A stretch of 37,941 nucleotides of DNA from Dehalococcoidia bacterium (GTDB lineage: Bacteria > Chloroflexota > Dehalococcoidia > Tepidiformales > Tepidiformaceae), in NCBI GenBank assembly GCA_034428315.1, contig DAOUID010000314.1:1-37941 (forward strand), written 5' to 3'. The notes below the pieces were generated by a model. The model ran no database searches and was not told where the DNA came from. It was given only the letters and a program-made list of their open reading frames with translations. Made by a program: the position numbers and the translations under genes. Positions 21,204-28,885 of this stretch are shown here, piece by piece. Numbering within the stretch: position 1 is the stretch's first letter; every line of letters starts with the position of its first letter.

Positions 21204-22421
21204 ATGTCCGCTGTGGGCAGTGATAGTAGGGAGTTCTCGCAAGACCTTCGAATTCGGGTCGACTCCGTTCTTGAGGCGGCGCGAGATGTCTCTGGGGTTA
21301 CTGGCTTGACCCATGGGTTCTACCGATACCCCGCCCGCTTCTCTCCACTCTTCGCGCGGGCTGCCATTGATGCCTTCACTGAACCTGGTGACCTTGTGCT
21401 CGATCCGTTCATGGGTGGTGGGACGACTGTCGTGGAGGCACGGACACGCGGCCGCCGCGCCTTCGGGTCGGACACAAGTGCACTCGCGGTATTCATAGCC
21501 CGCACCAAAACGACTGCGCTCACGGACCGAGAGCTCGCGGAAGTTGCTCGGTGGGCTGAGTACCAGGCTGCTCGAAGGAGAGCTTTCAGGAAGGCTGAAG
21601 TCGCCAACGACAATGGCGCTGTCTACCACTTGCGGAATTTTAACAGCCCTCTCACCTGGCGCCTGCGGGACTTTCTGCGGGGTGCCCTCCATCACCTTGA
21701 CGCTCTCGCGACTCCGCGCTCCAGGCGATTCGCGCGCGCTGTCTTGTTGCGGACAGCTCAGTGGGCTGTGGACACGCGCCCTAAGCCCAGAGGTCTTCCC
21801 GAAGTACGGCAGCGCCTCGTCCATGACGTGGAGGAGATGTCTCTTGGGCTGCGGGCGTTCCGGAGTGCGAGGAGCCACGCCGACAGGGCTGCTCGAGTCA
21901 CTCGCCGGCGGCAGGTCGTGCAACAGCGGTCCGCGGAGGCACTACGTGACGCACACTTGCTGACGCAGTTGGGACCTCCGCGCCTCGTCTTGACCTCCCC
22001 TCCATACCCAGGCGTGCATGTGCTATACCACCGATGGCAGCTAGCTGGGGGGAAGGAGACCCCCGCCCCCTTCTGGATTGCGGGCGAAAGAGATGGCGCG
22101 GCCGCGTCCCACTACACCCTCGCCGACCGACACGACCTGGAGGCCTACTTCGAGCGACATGAAGCTGCATTTGCTGCCGTAGCGGAAAGGTGCGACTCAC
22201 GATCCGTGATTGTGCAACTCGTCGCGTTCGCAGACCCCGCGACGCAGCTTCCTCGGTACATGGCGAGCATGGAGCGAGCCGGCTTCCGGGAGTTAGCCCC
22301 TAGCATCCCCCTCAAGGATCGTTGGCGCGATGTCCCGAACCGACGGTGGTACTCGGCGCAGCGAGGAAGGACGCCGGCCAGCAAAGAGCTCGTCCTCTTT
22401 CACGTACCTGTCTCCCGCTGA
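21204..22421 (+). CDS. DNA (N4-cytosine or N6-adenine) methyltransferase, motif I before motif IV
   Basis: 405 aa, starting 5 nt after the upstream stop. YPARFSPLFARAAIDAFTEPGDLVLDPFMGGGTT (SAM-binding FxGxG block, about 21390-21428). About 190 aa later, LVLTSPPYPG (catalytic SPPY, 21996-22007). Confidence 0.8.
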   Translation: MSAVGSDSREFSQDLRIRVDSVLEAARDVSGVTGLTHGFYRYPARFSPLFARAAIDAFTEPGDLVLDPFMGGGTTVVEARTRGRRAFGSDTSALAVFIARTKTTALTDRELAEVARWAEYQAARRRAFRKAEVANDNGAVYHLRNFNSPLTWRLRDFLRGALHHLDALATPRSRRFARAVLLRTAQWAVDTRPKPRGLPEVRQRLVHDVEEMSLGLRAFRSARSHADRAARVTRRRQVVQQRSAEALRDAHLLTQLGPPRLVLTSPPYPGVHVLYHRWQLAGGKETPAPFWIAGERDGAAASHYTLADRHDLEAYFERHEAAFAAVAERCDSRSVIVQLVAFADPATQLPRYMASMERAGFRELAPSIPLKDRWRDVPNRRWYSAQRGRTPASKELVLFHVPVSR

Positions 22422-22459
22422 AACCCATGGGACCGACCCTCCCAGCTTGGCCCTCGGTC

Positions 22460-24877
22460 TCAAGCGCCAGTGATTTGGTCGATGTCCAGGTCGCCGAGCT
22501 CGTTGATGAGGGGAAGGAGCACAGGGCCGATCGCATCAGATCCTGCGGCGATCCTCTCCCTCTCGTCCATGCCCTCGGCAACTCTATAGGTCCCCCCTTC
22601 TGGCTCGCGCAGCAGTCCCAGCCCCACTAGTACGAGCCCGTACTTCCACTGTGCGTCTAGCAGATCGTTCTTCTTGGGCTTCGACCTGCGTTCAGCTCGG
22701 AGGTACTCGTTGTCCATGTTGACCTGGAAGAGGTATTGCACGGCCTGACTGGTCTTGTCCTTGCCGAGGTTCAGGATTCTGAGGGCGGACCACTTGTCCA
22801 TCCCGGCGTCGTCCCAACCGTTTTCGCAGATCTCTTCGATCTTCGGGAATTCAATGCCTGAGGATCTGAGGCTCAGCCGAGTGCGGCGTTTGTCCCGGTC
22901 CCCGCCAGATCGGGTTTTCTGCTCTGGCCCGACGGTGATGCGAGCCCGATTGACGAACGGAGTGACCAGTGTCTCGTCGTTAACCCTGACCTCGACGAGG
23001 AGCTGGTCATCCTCCACAACGCTTGGGGGAAGGTCGAGGCTTAAGTGAGCGACGCCTGCGGACAGGCGCATCACGTAGGTGTACTCGTTCGGTGCAATCA
23101 AGATCCCTTCTCGGTGGAGGCTCACGTCAAGGGAACCGGGGAGGATTGCACGATCAAAGTAGTCGTTCTCGACGTCCGTTGCGAAGTCGATCCGCGTGCG
23201 CTGCCCAATGTGACAGTTCCGCTTGAGTTCCTCGCCGTACGGGAGGTCGAGGAAGCGAAATTGGGTGGGGTGAGGCCGACCTTCGAACTTGTCGCCCTCG
23301 GTGGAAGGCTGGACGGTAGCTTGGTTCGGCAACCGCCTCCCCCGGAGGAAAAGCGCGTTGAGGACACTGGAGTGCCGCATCACCTGCTGGAGCACCTCCT
23401 CAAGGGGGCGATCGTCCGTTAGCCGTTCCTCAAGGCGCCTGTCAGCCCGTTGACGGTTCAACTCACGAAGTCGCTGATCGTCCGCAACTAGCTGCTTTAT
23501 CTTCTCCTCCACTTCCTTGCGGAACTGCGACTCCGACAGTCGGTCGCGACTGTTCTGAGTCAGATCCTCCAGCGATGGGACCGAGAGCTCGGTGCAGTCA
23601 ACCACCACCGCAAGGGCGTTCTCGAGCACACCGAGCCCGACGGCCTTGGTGCCGAAGAGCCGCTTGTGCAGCATCCCATGCGACTGCCCGTTCACGGCGA
23701 AGACCACCCCGTGGTCTCCGCGGTAGCGGCTGGCGTTGTCTGCCTTGAGGCAGAAAATCCGGTAGGTGAATTGCTCCCCACGTACCGTCATTGTGCCCGT
23801 CGCGTCGTACTCTGGGTCCGCTTCCTTCAGCCGGCGATCGAGGCCGGTGAGGTTCCACTCGGTGCTACGTGGCTCTCCTTCCCACCTGCATTCGTGCAAA
23901 CGGATGGGAAGGGGGAGCTGAGGCATCCATACGTCTAGCTCCTGGCGCAGCCCACCGCTCTGCCCGAACTGTGTGATGGCCTCTGTCTGGTATTGGTAGA
24001 GCTTGATGAGTGTCCCGGACTCCACTTCGACCTGGTACGGACTGTTGTACAGAGGGCCGATGGGGAGAGTTGCTGCTGGGAACCGCAGGATCTCTCCACC
24101 TCCGGGGTGTTGGTCAGCGCCGATGGGTGCGAGATACCTGTACGCCGTCATGCTATCCCCCTCCTGGTAATCGCGGCGCACAATCGTGAATCCCCAGTCG
24201 GACGACTCGCCGTCTTCCTCAGCAAGAGCAGGAGCCCGGCGACTCAGGACGAGTTGGAAGTGGCTGTCCCCGCAGAATCGAAGGGCCGCCGTTCCTCCCA
24301 TCGCGAATTTGCCCTGAGTGAAGGCGATGTCCTTCTTGAGACTATTGCCGAGCGAGAGAAGCGTTGCAGGTTGCTTCTCCGGTGCCTGCCCCTCGCCCCG
24401 ATCAAGGATCGTCACGGACGGATAGTTCCGCTGGCGGTCAACCTGCTTGCGCCGGTCGCCAGTGAGCGCAATCGAAGTCGTGGCTCGGGCAACCTTGCGG
24501 ATCACCGCAGGATCCCACGCTTCGAGGGATCCCGAGTACGACGCATCAGGGTTGGCGTCGAAGAACCGTGCAACCGCGCGGCGTACGCTCGTTGGCGCGT
24601 GTGGCCCTCTCGGGTCGATTCCCTCTTCGCGACACCGCCTCATCAGCAACGCGTCAATGGCGTTGGTGATCTTCTCTGCGAGGGCGGCCTCTGGGACGAC
24701 CGCTTGAGCGCCAATCGTCGCGTAGTTGTCCTCGCGGTCACCCAGCAACCGCCACGAAGGTTCGTTATCCCAGAGTCCCGCTTCCGTGAGAGCCTGGACT
24801 ACCTCCTCCTCACGGTCGGCCCCAAGGAGCGTGAACAGCAGCCTGCGGACGGCGGCGTCATCGTTGACGTTGAGCAT
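22460..24877 (-). CDS. GHKL (Bergerat-fold, MORC/HATPase_c_3-like) ATPase with a long C-terminal extension
   Basis: 805 aa. N-box EKITNAIDA (24650-24676). G1 ILDRGEG (24389-24403). G2 QGKFAMGGTAAL (24293-24313). Charged helical segment RKEVEEKIKQLVADDQRLRELNRQRADRRLEERL. GAGG lies 8 nt before the ATG, which is 19 nt after the upstream stop. Confidence 0.65.
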   Translation of the reverse strand: MLNVNDDAAVRRLLFTLLGADREEEVVQALTEAGLWDNEPSWRLLGDREDNYATIGAQAVVPEAALAEKITNAIDALLMRRCREEGIDPRGPHAPTSVRRAVARFFDANPDASYSGSLEAWDPAVIRKVARATTSIALTGDRRKQVDRQRNYPSVTILDRGEGQAPEKQPATLLSLGNSLKKDIAFTQGKFAMGGTAALRFCGDSHFQLVLSRRAPALAEEDGESSDWGFTIVRRDYQEGDSMTAYRYLAPIGADQHPGGGEILRFPAATLPIGPLYNSPYQVEVESGTLIKLYQYQTEAITQFGQSGGLRQELDVWMPQLPLPIRLHECRWEGEPRSTEWNLTGLDRRLKEADPEYDATGTMTVRGEQFTYRIFCLKADNASRYRGDHGVVFAVNGQSHGMLHKRLFGTKAVGLGVLENALAVVVDCTELSVPSLEDLTQNSRDRLSESQFRKEVEEKIKQLVADDQRLRELNRQRADRRLEERLTDDRPLEEVLQQVMRHSSVLNALFLRGRRLPNQATVQPSTEGDKFEGRPHPTQFRFLDLPYGEELKRNCHIGQRTRIDFATDVENDYFDRAILPGSLDVSLHREGILIAPNEYTYVMRLSAGVAHLSLDLPPSVVEDDQLLVEVRVNDETLVTPFVNRARITVGPEQKTRSGGDRDKRRTRLSLRSSGIEFPKIEEICENGWDDAGMDKWSALRILNLGKDKTSQAVQYLFQVNMDNEYLRAERRSKPKKNDLLDAQWKYGLVLVGLGLLREPEGGTYRVAEGMDERERIAAGSDAIGPVLLPLINELGDLDIDQITGA

Positions 24878-24896
24878 GGTGGTGACCTCGTCTTCC

Positions 24897-26144
24897 TTAG
24901 TTGCGCTTTCCGCGCTCGAGCTTGAGCGCCTCGCTCAGCAGGTAGTTGATCGCGGAGACGACCTCCTGCCGACGAGAGATCGGGGTTCGTGAGCCTTCAG
25001 GGACCAGGCCGGCCTTCCTCCAGAGCGCTCCACGGCCGAGGCTGAAGTCGGCGTTCTTCAACAGCTCTACGAGCACTTCCTCGTCCTTTTCTCGTCTCCC
25101 GACCCACTCGTGCCACACAGCAGCTATCACCCTCAGGATGGTGTTGTTGAACGCCAACGTGTTGCCACGTTCCCTCGATGGCTGCGCTTCTCCCACGGCA
25201 AGCCGCTGGTATTCGGTGCGCGCCTTTGTCAGGAACGTGAAGAACCGTTCTGCTGGCTTGGTAATCAGGTCAGAGTCGGTGTCGACTTCAAGCGCTCGCT
25301 GCTTGCTGATACGTCCGTAGTACCCCACCTGTAGGGTTCGAAGCAGAGTCGCGAGCTGATTGTAAGTGATGAGCTTGTCGCTGGTGCCGGACACCGTACT
25401 CCGCTCCATTTCGACGTTCCCGTCCAGTAGGCCGCAGCTGTTCATCACGGCTTCAGCGGCTCGGTTGAAGGGGTCCCGGGCATCGAATCGTGACTTCGTC
25501 AGAGCATCGATAGGGCGAGCCTTCGCGGCGTCCGAGAACATCTGCCGCAGTGACTGGATGTCTACCTCGCCGAATAGGAGGACGGGGATCGCCTCGGACT
25601 CAAGCTGGTCGAGACGTTGCTTTGTCGCCTCGAGTTCCTTGTTCAGCTCCCGGTTGGCGGACTTGCCCCGCTTTTTCGCCTTTGCTCCGTTGATCTTCTC
25701 GTCCAGTTCACGGATTTGAGTACGTCGCTCGTCCACCAAGTCATAGATCGCGCGTCGTCGATGTTGTCCGTCGAACAACTTCAACTGTCCGACAGCCGAG
25801 AGTGGGATGCGGATCACACCGAAGCGTCCTTCTGTGTTGGCGAAGGCTTCGAATTCGATGAGGTCTGGGTCGAGGGCGACCATGATCGCTCCAGATACCC
25901 ACGCAGGCTGGTCCCACAGATAGCCTCGGATCGCGTCGGCGTGAGGCTGATGCAACCTACGATTCGCGTCGCTCACGATGTCATCGTCAACCCGCCGCGG
26001 CAGCAGCCCGTTCAAGTCCTTGAGGGTTAGCGCGAAGCTGTACACGTCCCGTCCGCCCTGGACGAGCCGCATCGCTTGAGCGCTTAGGTCCCCGAACTGA
26101 GGTGATGATTCCGCGGCGACTGCCACGGCACTTGCGTTTACCAT
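24897..26144 (-). CDS. DGQHR-domain protein (DndB/DpdB family, ParB/Srx fold)
   Basis: 415 aa. NRRLHQPHADAIRGYL followed by LKLFDGQHRRRAI (DGQHR at 25758-25772). GGAGG lies 9 nt upstream of the ATG. Confidence 0.8.
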   Translation of the reverse strand: MVNASAVAVAAESSPQFGDLSAQAMRLVQGGRDVYSFALTLKDLNGLLPRRVDDDIVSDANRRLHQPHADAIRGYLWDQPAWVSGAIMVALDPDLIEFEAFANTEGRFGVIRIPLSAVGQLKLFDGQHRRRAIYDLVDERRTQIRELDEKINGAKAKKRGKSANRELNKELEATKQRLDQLESEAIPVLLFGEVDIQSLRQMFSDAAKARPIDALTKSRFDARDPFNRAAEAVMNSCGLLDGNVEMERSTVSGTSDKLITYNQLATLLRTLQVGYYGRISKQRALEVDTDSDLITKPAERFFTFLTKARTEYQRLAVGEAQPSRERGNTLAFNNTILRVIAAVWHEWVGRREKDEEVLVELLKNADFSLGRGALWRKAGLVPEGSRTPISRRQEVVSAINYLLSEALKLERGKRN

Positions 26145-26184
26145 GCCCTACTCAGCCTCCTAGCCAAGGGTGAGAATACAATGT

Positions 26185-26213
26185 AAATTACCCGCTTAAA
26201 TAGCAGTTTGCAA
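26185..26213 (-). promoter_or_regulatory. Possible sigma70-type promoter for the DGQHR-GHKL operon
   Basis: On the minus strand: TTGCAA (26213-26208), a 17-nt spacer, then TAATTT (26190-26185). It sits in the only AT-rich patch upstream of the operon. Consensus match only. Confidence 0.25.
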
Positions 26214-26616
26214 CCCGCATGCTAGGTGGAGCGTACATTCCACCCCTCGTCCCCTCACACCTAGGACTGGCCCGCCTCAGCTAGAGATGGGGAACCAGGC
26301 CGGCCGAGAGCGCCCGGCGCGACGGTGCTCCGCGACTTCCAGCGGCGTGCCCCCATCGGCAGACCGTACGTCGTGGAGCCACTCGGCAGGGACATCCACT
26401 TCCTCGCTCGCCAAGACCTGGCCCGCGGGATGAACCCTTGAACAGACACGCTTCACGGTGCTGGAATCCGCATCCGCCCGGCGTTGGCCGGCTGGCGGAG
26501 TCCTACCCGTGTCGTGTGCGCTTAGCGTCACCCTGCGGCAGGCGGGGCCCTGCTTGCGCGGACACTGCTATGGGTGACCCACCACGGACAGCGGGGCACT
26601 GCGCTCGCACGCCCGG

Positions 26617-26832
26617 CTAGGGTGCTACGCCCACTTCTTGTTCGGCGAGTTGATGCTCGACCCATGTCGACAGTCGCCGCCACTCAGCGATGCTCATCCT
26701 CATGGAGCGCTGATAGCCGGCGCCGGGGTAGGGCGTATCGCTGCTGCTCACGAGATAGATCAGAATCTCTTGACGATCGACCTTCACGCGGAGATTCCAA
26801 GCTGGAATCGCCTTCGCCGTCAGTTCGGCCAT
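26617..26832 (-). CDS. Hypothetical small protein (71 aa)
   Basis: MAELTAKAIPAWNLRVKVDRQEILIYLVSSSDTPYPGAGYQRSMRMSIAEWRRLSTWVEHQLAEQE looks protein-like (strand-strand-helix). The overlapping plus-frame translation is R/P/A-rich junk. No family recognised. Confidence 0.35.
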   Translation of the reverse strand: MAELTAKAIPAWNLRVKVDRQEILIYLVSSSDTPYPGAGYQRSMRMSIAEWRRLSTWVEHQLAEQEVGVAP

Positions 26833-27159
26833 GCTCACCCCCGCCGGAGTTCGCGTCGGCCTCAGGCCGTTGCACGTCCGGTTCAAGTCGTTCTTCGGGT
26901 GGCATCCTATCACCCCGTCGCGGCTCCACCGGCTCTCAGCAATCCCGCCCGGGACCCCTCCCCGTCGAGTCGTGCCCCTCTGGCATGCGGACGCCGATGC
27001 GGGGCTCGTAGGTGTAGTGGCGTGGTTGGCGTCCTCGCCGAGCTTGCGGCGGAGCCTGCTCCCACGATGGTCCGCATGGGGCGCACGTCACCGCCGCCCT
27101 TCTCCCCCCAGACCGGTAGCGTCTGGCCCAGCGGGATTGCTCTAGACTCCTCTCCAGCG

Positions 27160-28257
27160 ATGAGCCTTACCAGCCACCTCAATGACAGAGAGTCGCCGGT
27201 CCGGGGGTTCCTTCATGCCATGTTCCCCAACACGAGGGGGCCACTGGCGGAATGCCGCCGCGCAATGGCCCTGCCGGCAACGATTGACCGCTTGCCGCAG
27301 ACCGCGCCCGCGACCGCCTACGGTCAGCTCGGCATGGCGATCGATTACCGGATCCGGTACCACTTCGCCGAGCTGCTGTCGCGAGACAGGTGGGTCGAGG
27401 ATGAATGGGACGGTACAGCGCCTGCTGAGATGTGGTTGGAGCACATTGAGGATGGCGAGCCCATCGTGTGGCGTGTGCGAGGTGGTCGCGCCGAGCGCAT
27501 CGAGCAGCATGCTGAACTGATTGCCTCGCGCGCGGCAGCGTTCGTGATCCGACGGGACGGCCCGCCGGACGATCTCTTCTGGCACTCACGAGTCCTGGGC
27601 GACCTGGGTGTGCCCGGGGAGCGGAAGCTAGCCCGTGGCTGTGTCGCAGGCTTCTTCGACGCGCTTGATAGCGCCGTCCGCGAGCTCTACCCCCACCAGC
27701 GCAAGCTGACGGCCGAGGAGGAGCGTACGTTCGCCGGCTTCTGCCTTATCCTGGCGGCCTTCGAGTCCGTGTATCGAGCGGGGGCACGTGCCTGGCCACC
27801 ACCGTACCTAGTGGGGCAGCGTCCCCCGGACACCGCGGACGAGCTGCTTGCCCTCGTGCCGGACGCATGGGTGGAGGATGCTGCTGCCCTGGGGAGCGCG
27901 TTCGCCGCACGGTACCCCGAGTGGCGGGGCGCAGAAGCCCAGCTCAACCCGAACTTCGAGGGGAGCAGGGATGTCGGCGGCGCCGATGCGGACTTCATCG
28001 CCGATGCCTGCCTGTGGGACATCAAGACGACCAAGAAGGCAAGCGCGCAAGGTCAGTGGCTCCGCCAGCTGCTCGGCTATGTCCTCCTCGACTACGAGGA
28101 CGAGTACCGGCTCGAGCGCGTGGGTTTGATCCTGCCGAGGCAAGATACGCGGGTGAGCTGGCCGGTCAGCGATCTCATCGCAGCAATGTCGGACCGCACG
28201 GACTTGGAACTGCGGGACCTGCGCGACCGCTTCCGTGCTGTCTGCCAGGGTAGCTGA
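27160..28257 (+). CDS. RecB/Cas4-like PD-(D/E)xK family protein
   Basis: 365 aa from ATG 27160; the track ORF start at 26638 is over-extended. GGADADFIADACLWDIKTTKK...WLRQLLGYVLLDY gives D-x-D ... D-I-K ... QxxxY (27985-28080). Confidence 0.55.
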   Translation: MSLTSHLNDRESPVRGFLHAMFPNTRGPLAECRRAMALPATIDRLPQTAPATAYGQLGMAIDYRIRYHFAELLSRDRWVEDEWDGTAPAEMWLEHIEDGEPIVWRVRGGRAERIEQHAELIASRAAAFVIRRDGPPDDLFWHSRVLGDLGVPGERKLARGCVAGFFDALDSAVRELYPHQRKLTAEEERTFAGFCLILAAFESVYRAGARAWPPPYLVGQRPPDTADELLALVPDAWVEDAAALGSAFAARYPEWRGAEAQLNPNFEGSRDVGGADADFIADACLWDIKTTKKASAQGQWLRQLLGYVLLDYEDEYRLERVGLILPRQDTRVSWPVSDLIAAMSDRTDLELRDLRDRFRAVCQGS

Positions 28258-28482
28258 CCGCTGGGCTCCGACGGCACTGCCTTCCGACAAGCGGGGTTGG
28301 GGGTTGTACGATGCGGCCCGTGACGGAAACCGGGGCCTAGCACCGGACGTTCACCACCCCGGGGTGTTGCTCAGCGTGCTGCTATCGAGTGCCGCGACAC
28401 GGATGCTGAGTCCCAAGCTAAGTAAGCGAGTCGCCGCCTGACTCCGACGACCGCTCGCGCCCAGCGGTAGGGAAGCGCGTAA

Positions 28483-28866
28483 ATGATGCCGCCCTGCCCA
28501 TCGTGGCAGCCAGAGTTGTTGACAACGAGGTCGTTCAGCGTGCAGGCCCGGGGGGATGCTGTCCCCGATCTCGCGCGCGTATATCTCGCCGTAGTGCCCA
28601 CGGCGGCGATGGAGCGCTGGATGAACTGGGGGGCCACCCCCCACGAACTGCGGGAGGGCGGCCACCTCGCGTTCGAGGGCGCGCTCGCCCCGGGTAAGCA
28701 ATTGCGCCCACTGCTCCGTGGCGTCTTCGTCCGCCAGGGCGTCGCCCGCTGCGAGTTCCTCGACGAAGAGCGTGATCCCGAGCACACAGGGAACGGAATG
28801 CGCGGCCGGCGGCGGCACGGGCGGGCGCCTGCTAACGTGTATCCCCCAGGGTTACCTGAGGAATAG
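28483..28866 (+). CDS. Hypothetical protein upstream of the HNH gene
   Basis: Two antisense ORFs share third codon positions here. Over 75 codons (28560-28784) I counted GC1 about 81% and GC2 about 47% for the plus frame. This is the normal coding pattern for a high-GC genome, and it is inverted for the minus ORF 28351..28818. Start codon uncertain. Confidence 0.35.
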   Translation: MMPPCPSWQPELLTTRSFSVQARGDAVPDLARVYLAVVPTAAMERWMNWGATPHELREGGHLAFEGALAPGKQLRPLLRGVFVRQGVARCEFLDEERDPEHTGNGMRGRRRHGRAPANVYPPGLPEE

Positions 28867-28885
28867 CCTGCAGGAGGTGGACGAA

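Noticed and set aside
22421-22460. Bidirectional terminator between the convergent methyltransferase and GHKL genes
   Set aside because: Only a 6-bp stem (gaccga/tcggtc) with a 17-nt loop, and no U-tract on either strand.
26261-26616. ORF 26277..26531(-) (84 aa) and nested GC-rich hairpins (for example gtcaccc...gggtgac around 26527-26580) in the roughly 1-kb gap between the DGQHR operon and the PD-(D/E)xK gene
   Set aside because: Codon-position bias over 46 codons is mildly coding-like, but there is no recognisable motif, no RBS and an implausible N-terminus. The hairpins are expected by chance at this GC. It could be a gene remnant or a structured RNA, but I cannot support either.
28351-28818. 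155-aa minus-strand ORF with a plausible-looking acidic helical start (LFVEELAAGDALADEDATEQWAQLL...)
   Set aside because: It shares third codon positions with plus ORF 28483..28866. My hand count gives GC1 about 47% and GC2 about 81% for the minus frame. That is the inverse of normal coding bias, and its second half is R-rich junk. This remains uncertain without expression data.
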